The position numbers were made by a program, and so were the translations under genes. A stretch of DNA of 64,000 nt, taken from the NCBI GenBank assembly GCA_039197915.1, contig JBCCTV010000001.1, positions 5,140-69,139 of the forward strand, in the 5' to 3' direction. Below, one piece after another: positions 41,379 through 50,053 of this stretch. This DNA is from Pseudomonadota bacterium (GTDB lineage Bacteria; Pseudomonadota; Alphaproteobacteria; Caulobacterales; Parvularculaceae). The notes beneath the pieces were generated by a model. That model was given only the letters and a program-made list of their open reading frames with translations, was not told the DNA's origin and did not search any database. Positions within the stretch are counted from its first letter, which is position 1. Each line of letters starts with the position of its first letter.

Positions 41379-43921
41379 CCGCGTTTTGGTGGACGCTCCG
41401 CACGCTTCTGAGCGATTGGCGCCGCCGTCCAGCCCAAGCGTTGATGTTTTTGGCGGGCCTCGCCTCGGCGACGGCACTTTTCTCAGGCGTCCAAGCCTTG
41501 AACTTTCAAGCCCGCCAAAGCTACGCTGAAGCCGCCTCGCAATTGGGCGGCGCCCAGCTTGCATCCGTCCGTACACCAAGCGAAACGCCATTTGACCAGC
41601 GCGCCTTCATCGCGCTTAGAAAAGCCGGGTATAAAGTCTCGCCCGTGGTCGAGGGCGATATCTTAATCGGCCGCCAGCCGATAACCGTTATTGGCATTGA
41701 TTTGGCGACGCTGCCAGCGGCGGCCGCCGGCGATAGTCTGCAGGCCATCGGGGGAAACGGCAGACAGTTAAGCGCAAACACCGACCTCGAGACTATACAG
41801 CCTGCGGATTTTTTGCTGCCGCCTGGCGTTGGCCTTGTCGCCCCTGAGACGCTCACGAAACTCTCGGCAAACGAGGGCGATCGGCTGCGCTCGTCGACTG
41901 ACCAATTGCTGCCGCCGCTCCAGACCTCGGCGGGGATCACCCCAGACACGATCATTACAGACATCGCGCCCGCGCAAATGCTCCTATCCTTAGGGGGAAA
42001 AATTTCGAGGCTCCTCGTCGACGAAACCCAGGCGACCGGCCTCCCTCCCCTCGCCAAAGCGCTGGGCGACCTTGAAACGACAGCGCTTAAAGGTCTGGCG
42101 CCCGCCGGATTGGCGCTGAATAAACCGACCAACACGAACGACATGTCGCGACTGACGGATAGCTTCCATTTGAATCTTACAGCATTCGGGTTTTTGTCGT
42201 TTTTTGTCGGCCTACTGATCGTACACGGCGCCGTGGGCCTCGTCTTTGAGCAGCGGCGAACGTTAATGCGGACGATGCGCGCTTGCGGCGTCTCATCAAA
42301 ATCCCTGACGATCGCCGCCGCGACCGAGCTGCTTCTGCTCGCGACGGCCGCCGGGGCCGTGGGCCTCGCGATCGGATATACGGTTGCGGGCGCACTCTTG
42401 CCGGACGTGGCGGTCAGCCTACGGAGCCTATACGGTGCGAAAGTTGCGGGCGCCCTCGCCTTCCGGCCCACTTGGCTCGCCCTCGGCTTATTTATCGCCG
42501 TTGCGGGCGCGGCCGCGGCCGCAGCGGGCAGCCTTTACAAGACCTGGAAACTGCCCGTCCTCGCGCCTGGCAAACCCACGGCCTGGCGCGCCGCTGAACA
42601 ACAAACAATCAAACGAAACGCCCTTTTTGCGGGCTTTTTCTTCGCAACGGCCCTGGGGCTTCTCCTCGCCGCCGGCGGCTTATTCGCCGGGTTCGCCCTC
42701 ATGGGCGCAAGCCTCCTCGCTGCGGCGCTTATACTGCCAGCGATTTTGTCCGTCCTCCTACGACTTGCGGAGGCGAACGCCAGCGGGCCCATTGTGCGCT
42801 GGTTTTTTGCCGATGGACGCCAACAACTGCCCTCAATTTCCTTGGCGTTGCAGGCCCTCCTGATCGCCCTTGCGGTCAATATCGGCGTCGGGTCGATGGT
42901 CGGCGGGTTTCGCGCAACGTTCCTCGGCTGGCTCGACCAACGTTTAGCGGCTGAGCTTTACGTGAACGCCGGCGCCCCCGGCCGCGCCATTGAGATGCGC
43001 GCCCTCCTTGAGGCCCAAGACGCTGTGACAGCAATCCTGCCGCTCGCCTTTGCGAGTACGCGATTTAATGATCTGCCAGCGGAACTTTACGGATTTACGG
43101 ACCACGAGACCTACCGCGACAGCTGGCCGCTGCTGGCGCAAAACCCTGGCGCTTGGGATAGGGTGACGTCCGGCGAGGCGATATTCATCAATGAGCAGCT
43201 TTTTCGCGGGGACGACATTAAAGTTGGCGAGCGGATCACACTGGAAGCGCCCACAGGCCCCTGGGCGGTTGAGGTCGCCGGCGTCTATTCCGATTACGGC
43301 AACACCCGCGCCCAGTTTATGGTTGCGGTCGACACGCTCAAAGGCCGTTGGCCTGACGCCCAGGGGGACCTTTTTATTCTCCGCGTAGAAAAAGAGAGCG
43401 TCGATAGGGTCGCGCAGCTCCTAACGGAGCGGTTTCAATTGACCGACAGCGATCTCATCAACCAAACGGACTTGAAGGCGCTGTCTGAAACAATCTTTGA
43501 AAAGACATTCACGGTGACGGCTGCACTGAACGTGTTAACGTTGGTGGTTGCGGGCGTGGCGCTATTAACGGGCCTTTTGTCCTTGGCGACGGCGCGGCTG
43601 CCGCAAGTCGCTCCTTTATGGGCGTGCGGATTAACGCGTCGGCGGCTTGCGCTCCTTGACCTCCTGAAAACCTTAAGCCTCGCCGCAGTAACGAGTATTT
43701 TAGCGATACCCTTAGGCGTCGCGGTTGCATGGATGCTGACGGCGATCATCAATGTGGAAGCCTTTGGCTGGCGTCTACCGCTGCACCATTTCCCGGACCA
43801 GTGGGCCGGACTGATCATACTCGCCGTCGCCATCGCCGCCCTCTCATCAGCGCCGGTGACAGCGGCCCTGTGGCGCGCGTCGCCAACGCGACTGATAAAG
43901 GTCTTTGCAGATGAACGGTAA
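41375..43921 (+). CDS. FtsX-family ABC permease, duplicated (YbbP/AttF-AttG-like, ~10 TM)
   Basis: 848 aa. Two FtsX-like 4-TM bundles (residues ~250-390 and ~720-840), each preceded by a large extracytoplasmic segment. Its GTG start overlaps the ATPase TGA. Confidence 0.75.
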   Translation: MTAFWWTLRTLLSDWRRRPAQALMFLAGLASATALFSGVQALNFQARQSYAEAASQLGGAQLASVRTPSETPFDQRAFIALRKAGYKVSPVVEGDILIGRQPITVIGIDLATLPAAAAGDSLQAIGGNGRQLSANTDLETIQPADFLLPPGVGLVAPETLTKLSANEGDRLRSSTDQLLPPLQTSAGITPDTIITDIAPAQMLLSLGGKISRLLVDETQATGLPPLAKALGDLETTALKGLAPAGLALNKPTNTNDMSRLTDSFHLNLTAFGFLSFFVGLLIVHGAVGLVFEQRRTLMRTMRACGVSSKSLTIAAATELLLLATAAGAVGLAIGYTVAGALLPDVAVSLRSLYGAKVAGALAFRPTWLALGLFIAVAGAAAAAAGSLYKTWKLPVLAPGKPTAWRAAEQQTIKRNALFAGFFFATALGLLLAAGGLFAGFALMGASLLAAALILPAILSVLLRLAEANASGPIVRWFFADGRQQLPSISLALQALLIALAVNIGVGSMVGGFRATFLGWLDQRLAAELYVNAGAPGRAIEMRALLEAQDAVTAILPLAFASTRFNDLPAELYGFTDHETYRDSWPLLAQNPGAWDRVTSGEAIFINEQLFRGDDIKVGERITLEAPTGPWAVEVAGVYSDYGNTRAQFMVAVDTLKGRWPDAQGDLFILRVEKESVDRVAQLLTERFQLTDSDLINQTDLKALSETIFEKTFTVTAALNVLTLVVAGVALLTGLLSLATARLPQVAPLWACGLTRRRLALLDLLKTLSLAAVTSILAIPLGVAVAWMLTAIINVEAFGWRLPLHHFPDQWAGLIILAVAIAALSSAPVTAALWRASPTRLIKVFADER

Positions 43922-45050
43922 ACGGACGATTTTGGCGTTGGCTTTGCATGTGGCTTTTGCTGCAGGCTTTTTTGCCTTTGGCTCGGTCGGCGCGAGGGCG
44001 CAAGGCTTCGCCTCGCTCGCCCAGGACGCAGATGGCTTCAAAACGGTGACGCCAGGGCGCGCATTTTCCTTTCCCGCCGACCATGCGCCCCATGACGGAT
44101 ATCGCATCGAATGGTGGTACCTGACGGCGAACCTGACAGATGCCGAGGGCCGGGCCTATGGCGCCCAGTGGACGCTCTTTCGGGCGAAGCTCGCTGGCGG
44201 CGGCGAAGATAAGGAAAGTTCAACCGCCGGCGACACCTGGTCATCGCCTTATCTCTTTATGGCGCACGCGGCCCTGACGAGCGAAGACAGCCACACCCAT
44301 GCTGAACGGTTCGCGAGGGCAGGCCTTGGCCAGGCTGGCGTCACGACAGCGCCTTTTTCGGCGTATATTGACGATTGGCGCTTTGAACAAACCTCAGAGA
44401 GCGGATTGAATGCCGCCCGGGTGGTCGCGCGCGGTGATGACTTCTCCTATGACTTGTCCATTAAAACCGATGCGGCGCCCGTGCTCCAGGGGGAGGCCGG
44501 CTACAGCCTAAAAGCGCTCAGCGGCCAGGCGTCATATTATTATAGCCAACCCTTCTTTACCCTGACGGGCGCCATTACGCTTGACGGAAAAGAAATCCCG
44601 GTCACGGGAAACGCCTGGATGGACCGCGAGTGGTCAAGCCAACTGCTCTCAAAGACACAGACCGGCTGGGACTGGTTTTCCCTGCACCTTGATACGGGCG
44701 AAAAAGTGATGGCGTTTCGCCTGCGCGACACGGCCGTTGACGCTTACGTTTCTGGCGGGTGGATTAATGCAGACGGCGCGCCTGAGCCCTTGACCGGGAA
44801 GGCGATTGAGATCACGCCGTTAAACCCGCCACGAAAAAACGCCGCCGGCGCACCGACCCGCTGGCGCATTACTATTCCTTCTAAGGACTTATCGATTGAA
44901 GCCACAGCGCTTAACCAGCGCAGCTGGATGCGAACGTCTTTCCCCTATTGGGAGGGGCCGATTAAGCTTTCAGGGAGCCATGGCGGCGTCGGCTACCTGG
45001 AAATGACGGGCTACACTGCGCCCGCTGAGAAGCGCCGCGCACAACGCTGA
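43911..45050 (+). CDS. Secreted AttH/CrtC-like lipocalin-domain protein (hydroxyneurosporene-synthase-like fold)
   Basis: ATG 43911 overlaps the permease stop by 11 nt; the track starts at TTG 43905. Signal peptide MNGKRTILALALHVAFAAGFFAFGSVGARAQG. Carries the motifs FPADHAPHDGYRIEWWYLTANL and WMDREWSS, which I recognise from AttH-like proteins that accompany this ABC/FtsX pair. Confidence 0.65.
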   Translation: MNGKRTILALALHVAFAAGFFAFGSVGARAQGFASLAQDADGFKTVTPGRAFSFPADHAPHDGYRIEWWYLTANLTDAEGRAYGAQWTLFRAKLAGGGEDKESSTAGDTWSSPYLFMAHAALTSEDSHTHAERFARAGLGQAGVTTAPFSAYIDDWRFEQTSESGLNAARVVARGDDFSYDLSIKTDAAPVLQGEAGYSLKALSGQASYYYSQPFFTLTGAITLDGKEIPVTGNAWMDREWSSQLLSKTQTGWDWFSLHLDTGEKVMAFRLRDTAVDAYVSGGWINADGAPEPLTGKAIEITPLNPPRKNAAGAPTRWRITIPSKDLSIEATALNQRSWMRTSFPYWEGPIKLSGSHGGVGYLEMTGYTAPAEKRRAQR

Positions 45051-45146
45051 CCCGGTGCAAACTCCCGTTGCCGTCAATATTCCGCATAAGGAATAGAAAA
45101 ACGCGCAGATAGCGCCCAGCCATGCGCTGATCGGAATCGCACAGTG

Positions 45147-45255
45147 GCTCTAGCGTTTTCCGACCAAGTGGAAACCGGTTGGGGGCCAAGAAAACGCGAA
45201 AAAACAAAAAATCTAAAGCAACGAAGCGACTCAGATTGGGGCGAAGTTGCTCTAG
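45147..45255 (+). repeat. Intergenic repeat family, copy A (~105-110 bp, imperfect hairpin-forming)
   Basis: gctctagcgttttccgaccaagtggaaaccggttgggggccaagaaaacgcgaaaaaacaaaaaatctaaagcaacgaagcgactcagattggggcgaagttgctctag. It is bounded by gctctag at both ends. gcgttttc can pair with gaaaacgc. About 85% identical by eye to the reverse complement of 53901-54007. Confidence 0.8.
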
Positions 45256-45283
45256 ATTATCGAAGCGCGATGACTCGCTAGAC

Positions 45284-46594
45284 TTATGACTGGGCGAACT
45301 CCGGATAGGCCTCTAACCCAAGCTCCGCCTTATCGAGGCCGAGGCGCTCATGCTCAACGCTTGCTCGCAGACCGATCGAGAATTTCAGCGCATACCACAA
45401 CAACGCGCTGAAGGCGCATACAAACACGCCCACCATGGCGACGCCCACAAACTGACCGACAAAACTCGCCGTATCATCCGTCCACGGAACAATCATTGTC
45501 CCCCATATGCCGCATACGAGGTGGGCGGGGATCGCGCCGACAACATCATCAATCTTGAACCGGTCCAGCAGTGGGATCGATAGCGTTACCAGAGCGCCGC
45601 CGACGCCGCCGATCAGCACTGCCTGCCAAATGACCGGTTCCAACGGTTGGGCGGTGATCGCCACGAGCCCGCCAATGGCGCCGTTCAGCACGACCGTTAA
45701 GTCGACCTTGGAATAGACAAAACGCGTCATGGCGAGCGCGGCGACCACGCCGCCGCAAGCAGCCATATTGGTGTTGACGATGATTTTCGCGACGGACAGT
45801 GAATCGGTAACCGTGCCGAAAGCCAATTGCGACCCGCCGTTAAAGCCAAACCAGCCGAGCCAGAGAATGAATGTGCCAAGCGTTGCAAGCGGCAACGACG
45901 ACCCCGGGAACGCCGCCGGCGGACGGCCTTCAGGGTACTTACCGTCCCGGGGCCCGAGAATAAGCGCGCCGGTGAGCGCGGCCCAACCGCCAGTGGAGTG
46001 CACCAACGTTGAGCCAGCAAAGTCGCCGAAGCTCCAGCGGGTGTGCAAATATCCCCCGCCCCATTTCCAAGAGGCGACAATCGGGTAAATCAAGCCCGTC
46101 AGTACGGCAACAAACAGAAGAAACGGGGCGAGCTTAATGCGTTCGGCGAGTGTTCCAGAAACAATAGAGGCCGCCGTCGCCACAAACACCATCTGGAAAA
46201 ACCAGTCCGAATAGGCGCCGTAGCCTAGACCCACCGGGTCGTCGTCAGTGTTGAGCGTGAAAAAGAGTTTGAACGGCGCGATCAGACCGCCTTCTTCAAT
46301 GCCGTAGATCATGTTGTACCCGATGATCCAAACAGCGAGCCCGGCCACCGAATAAAGCGAGATATTCTTCAAACAAATCGTGGCAGCGTTCTTGGCGCGC
46401 ACGAGCCCCGCCTCCAACATGCAAAAGCCCGCCGCCATAAACATGACCACCATGCCGCTCAGCAAAAACAACAGCGTGTTGAAGATGACCACCGCCGATT
46501 CGGTCGCCGGTTGGATATCCTGGGCGCTTGCGCTTGAAACAAGTGAGAAGAAACCAGCGCCGCATACAACGGTCGCTAACTGCGCGCGAGTCAT
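45284..46594 (-). CDS. amtB: Ammonium transporter (Amt family)
   Basis: The ORF is open to 46735. ATG 46594 gives MTRAQLATVVCGAGFFSLVSSASAQ, a signal-like N-terminus. Amt signature DFAGSTLVHSTGGWAALTGALILGPR with ~11 TM helices. No glnK is adjacent. Confidence 0.9.
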   Translation of the reverse strand: MTRAQLATVVCGAGFFSLVSSASAQDIQPATESAVVIFNTLLFLLSGMVVMFMAAGFCMLEAGLVRAKNAATICLKNISLYSVAGLAVWIIGYNMIYGIEEGGLIAPFKLFFTLNTDDDPVGLGYGAYSDWFFQMVFVATAASIVSGTLAERIKLAPFLLFVAVLTGLIYPIVASWKWGGGYLHTRWSFGDFAGSTLVHSTGGWAALTGALILGPRDGKYPEGRPPAAFPGSSLPLATLGTFILWLGWFGFNGGSQLAFGTVTDSLSVAKIIVNTNMAACGGVVAALAMTRFVYSKVDLTVVLNGAIGGLVAITAQPLEPVIWQAVLIGGVGGALVTLSIPLLDRFKIDDVVGAIPAHLVCGIWGTMIVPWTDDTASFVGQFVGVAMVGVFVCAFSALLWYALKFSIGLRASVEHERLGLDKAELGLEAYPEFAQS

Positions 46595-46784
46595 TGTTTT
46601 TCCTTTGCTTTGTCCGTCGGTGGGCAAGCGTGAACGGTAGGGCTCTCTCTGACGCAATGCAACATTTTCGTCAGGCGCTGCGTCTTTGGCTAAGCGCAAA
46701 CCGTAGGCGCCTGTCCTAGCGACGGGGCGCCGCACGACTGTTCCGGGGGTGGAAATACCAGCGTCGCGTCGCCAAACTAGCGTT

Positions 46785-48020
46785 ATGAAAGATCATTTCG
46801 ACATCTGCATCATTGGCGGTGGTTTGGCGGGCGGCCTGGCGTCGTTGGCGCTCTCCGACGCTGGGTTTTCCTGCGCCGTTATTGACAGTCAAAACCCAAA
46901 GACCATGCGAGACGCGCAGTTTGACGGGCGCACGACGGCAATCGCCTACGCCAATGCGCGGATGTTTACGCGGCTCGGTCTTTGGGAGCGGATCGCGCCC
47001 TATGCCTCACCTATCAATGACATTCTGGTGACGGATGGACGCGCCGACACCCGCTTCCGGCGCGGTCACGTCTCCGCGCTTGGGCTCCATTTTGATTCAT
47101 CAGAGCTTGAGACCGGCGCGCCGCTTGGCTGGATTGTCGAGAACGTTGGGATGCGGAACGTCATTTTCGATGAAATCGCCGACAACGACAATATTGCGCT
47201 CTTTGCGCCCGCCCGCCGCACGAAGCTCGATATTTCCACGCGGCGCGCCGTTGTCACACTCGACGACGGCAGAGAAGTGAGCGCCGATTTGTTGGTTGCG
47301 GCGGACGGCAAGAAATCCCAAACCCGGGCCGAGGCGGGCTTAAAAGTGACCCGCTGGAGCTACGGCCAAATGGGGATCGTTGCGACAGTCAGCCATGACC
47401 GGCCCCATAAGGGCGTCGCTCAGGAATTCTTTTTGCCGAGCGGCCCTTTTGCCATCCTACCCATGACAGGCGACCGGTCGTCGCTTGTCTGGACAGAAAA
47501 ATCTGACCAGACGCCGGCCTACCTCTCCCTTGATAATGACGATTTCACCGCCGAGGTCGCCTCGCGGTTCGGACCCTACCTTGGCGACGTGCGCGCCGAT
47601 GGTCCGCGCTTCGCGTATCCGCTCGGCTTTCACCTATCCCAGCGCCTCATCAGTCCCCGGATTGCTCTGATTGGCGACGCCGCCCGGGCGGTCCACCCAA
47701 TTGCCGGCCAGGGGTTCAATCTCGGCATCAAAGACATTGCAGCGCTCACGGATGTCTTGACGGAGGCGCGCGGCGTCGGCCTGAACATCGGGGCCCACAA
47801 TGTGCTTGAAAATTATCAAAGCTGGCGACGCTTTGACAGTGTCATGCTTGCTCTTGGAACGGATGTTTTAAACCGGATCTTCTCCAATGATCTGGCGCCG
47901 CTACGCGCGGCGAGAGACATTGGCGCTGGCGTCGTCAACCAAATCGGCCCTTTGCGCCGGTTTTTCATGCGCCAGGCGGGCGCTGACGTAGGCCGGTTGC
48001 CATCGCTCATTCGGCCCTGA
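46785..48020 (+). CDS. UbiH/UbiF/VisC/Coq6-family FAD-dependent ubiquinone-biosynthesis hydroxylase
   Basis: ATG 46785 gives MKDHFDICIIGGGLAGGLASLAL (GxGxxG). Also carries the family motif IALIGDAARAVHPIAGQGFNLGIKD. Confidence 0.85.
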   Translation: MKDHFDICIIGGGLAGGLASLALSDAGFSCAVIDSQNPKTMRDAQFDGRTTAIAYANARMFTRLGLWERIAPYASPINDILVTDGRADTRFRRGHVSALGLHFDSSELETGAPLGWIVENVGMRNVIFDEIADNDNIALFAPARRTKLDISTRRAVVTLDDGREVSADLLVAADGKKSQTRAEAGLKVTRWSYGQMGIVATVSHDRPHKGVAQEFFLPSGPFAILPMTGDRSSLVWTEKSDQTPAYLSLDNDDFTAEVASRFGPYLGDVRADGPRFAYPLGFHLSQRLISPRIALIGDAARAVHPIAGQGFNLGIKDIAALTDVLTEARGVGLNIGAHNVLENYQSWRRFDSVMLALGTDVLNRIFSNDLAPLRAARDIGAGVVNQIGPLRRFFMRQAGADVGRLPSLIRP

Positions 48021-48066
48021 AAAGGGCCTTCACGATCCGCGAAGCGTTCGGTATCGTTGGTGAAAA

Positions 48067-48588
48067 TTATCCGCGTAGGATGAGTTCGTCGCCGCGGGCT
48101 TCAACGCTTGGCAGACGCGACAGGAAGCTCATGCCAAGGAGATTCACGCTCAGGCGATCATCCGGCAAAATATAAGCGTCGACATTTTCCAAGCGCAGGC
48201 CTTGGATTTCAATGGTTTCGACGAGAACGCGGGCGGCCCGCGCTTCGCCGTTCGCCGTGCGCACTGGCTCATCGAACTCTGCGCCGCCGCGCAAGATATT
48301 GGCGCGCTGGGCGTCCGTTTCGCGCAAGGCGACAAAGGTCGCGCCGGTATCGATTAAAAATTCCGTACGGCGATTATTTACGTCCGCAGCAACACGGAAG
48401 TGGCGATCCCGGTCGGCGATAATTCGCACTTCGCGACGCCATCCCGGCTGATAGGCCGAAAAGGCGTTGCCAGGCGTCGTTTGAGCGACAGGCGCGGCAT
48501 TTTTAGCGGGTGCGTTTGCATCAATATACCGTACACCGACGGCTGAACCCGCAACACACAACGCAACAAAAACGAGCTCACTCCGCAT
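48067..48588 (-). CDS. Retropepsin-like (clan AA) aspartic protease, membrane-anchored
   Basis: 173 aa. N-terminal TM helix followed by the catalytic motif FLIDTGATFVAL (D-T-G). Confidence 0.7.
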   Translation of the reverse strand: MRSELVFVALCVAGSAVGVRYIDANAPAKNAAPVAQTTPGNAFSAYQPGWRREVRIIADRDRHFRVAADVNNRRTEFLIDTGATFVALRETDAQRANILRGGAEFDEPVRTANGEARAARVLVETIEIQGLRLENVDAYILPDDRLSVNLLGMSFLSRLPSVEARGDELILRG

Positions 48589-48709
48589 ACTAAGCCTCGC
48601 CGCAGCCTACCGACGCGCCGCTCTTGGCGCCGTTCCACGTGCGAACTTTGCTAAACCAAAGTAAAAAAAAGAGCCGGCGGATGATTAAAATTCCGCATGC
48701 CGCGTAACC

Positions 48710-49558
48710 TTAATCCAACGCTAAGACGTCGCGCATGGTGTAAAGGCCCGGCGCCTGGCGAGCGACCCAACGCGCAGCCGTGAGGGCGCCGTCGGCAAAT
48801 AGCGCGCGATCAAGGGCGCGGTGAGAAAGCGTTAGGGTTTCGCGCTCGCCCAAAAATGAAACCGCGTGGTCGCCATAGACGCCGCCCCCGCGCGACACCG
48901 AAAAGCCGACAGCGCCCGTTTCGCGAGCCCCCGACCGATCGGCGGGCGCGCGGACGTGATCAAGGGGTGCGCCCCGGCCGATGGCGGCGGCTTCGCCCAA
49001 CATCAACGCCGTTCCCGACGGCGCATCGACCTTTCGGCGGTGGTGTGTCTCCTCGATTTCGATGTCATACCGGGGGCCGAGGGCGCCCGCCGCTTTTTCA
49101 ACGAGGGCCGCCAAAACCGTTACGCCGAGGCTCATATTCCGCGCTTTGACAATCGCCGCATGCTCGGCGGCTTTCGAAATCTTGGCGTCAGCCTCTGCGG
49201 TAAAGCCCGTCACCCCAATCACCATCGCAACGCCATGGTCGGCCGACGCGGCCGCTACGGTTGGCGTGACCTGCGGCAGGCTGAAGTCAATCACCACATC
49301 GGCCGTCGGTAGGACCCGCCCTATGTCAGCCAGACGGTGCACGGGCAGGCCGTCCATTTCACCGGGCTCGCTGGCAATACCGGCAATAATTTCAAGTGTT
49401 TCGGCAGGTTTTGCTTCTGCGCGCGCCGCACCGCCCGCGCTCGCTCCGTCTCCGCTGGTCTGGCGCGCGGCGGCAAGGATGGAGCGGCCCATGCGGCCGG
49501 TAGCGCCTGCGAGCAAGACTTTTAGGGGCGCGGGATTTGGCCCAGGCGGTCCGCCCAT
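48710..49558 (-). CDS. dapB: 4-hydroxy-tetrahydrodipicolinate reductase
   Basis: Contains KVLLAGATGRMGRSIL (NAD(P)-binding GxxGxxG) and ..EIEETHHRRKVDAPSGTAL.. (DapB E-x-HH-x-K-x-DAPSGTA signature). The ORF is open to 49609. ATG 49558 is used here, but the exact start is uncertain. Confidence 0.9.
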   Translation of the reverse strand: MGGPPGPNPAPLKVLLAGATGRMGRSILAAARQTSGDGASAGGAARAEAKPAETLEIIAGIASEPGEMDGLPVHRLADIGRVLPTADVVIDFSLPQVTPTVAAASADHGVAMVIGVTGFTAEADAKISKAAEHAAIVKARNMSLGVTVLAALVEKAAGALGPRYDIEIEETHHRRKVDAPSGTALMLGEAAAIGRGAPLDHVRAPADRSGARETGAVGFSVSRGGGVYGDHAVSFLGERETLTLSHRALDRALFADGALTAARWVARQAPGLYTMRDVLALD

Positions 49559-49674
49559 AGGGCCCTCCTTCGAAAAAAGTGAGAGTAATGCCTTTAGGGC
49601 TCTTACCACGATCGCTAGACGGTGGATAAGCCGCCAGTACCATTTGGCGACTGGCCAGATAAACCTAATCGGCC

Positions 49675-50040
49675 CTAGCGTTCGTTGGACTTTGCGTCTT
49701 TTACCCGTAGCCGAAAGCGTCTGGCGTTTGCGCGCGCACGTTTATAGCCCGGTCCTACCAAGGCGAACGCCGTTTCAACGAGGGCGCTGTTTCCAGATAG
49801 AGCGCCAGAATATCCAAACCAACCGAAACGATTTTGGCCGAGGAGCACCTTTGTGGCAGCTTGAAACCCATCTAGCGCCACCTCAAATTTTTCTTGAACC
49901 ATACGGAGATCTTCTGACCGCGGCCGAAAATCCCCGTCCGCCGCTCGATAGGCGAGGTCGGCGCTTCGCATGGCGACGGTAAAACCGGCATCGTTAAACG
50001 CCTTGAGCGAGGCCCAATAGAAATCACACACAGGCGTCAC
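49675..50040 (-). CDS. Hypothetical protein (121 aa)
   Basis: ORF with a GTG start immediately downstream of the GNAT gene on the same strand. No motif recognised. Confidence 0.35.
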   Translation of the reverse strand: MTPVCDFYWASLKAFNDAGFTVAMRSADLAYRAADGDFRPRSEDLRMVQEKFEVALDGFQAATKVLLGQNRFGWFGYSGALSGNSALVETAFALVGPGYKRARANARRFRLRVKDAKSNER

Positions 50041-50053
50041 TCACTCGCTTCCG

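Noticed and set aside
41521-42471. 316-aa minus-strand ORF
   Set aside because: It is antisense to the FtsX permease gene and has low-complexity Ala/Ser/Arg content. It is a GC-rich shadow ORF.
48981-49982. 333-aa plus-strand ORF
   Set aside because: It is antisense to dapB (which has a DapB signature) and to the downstream hypothetical gene. It is a shadow ORF.
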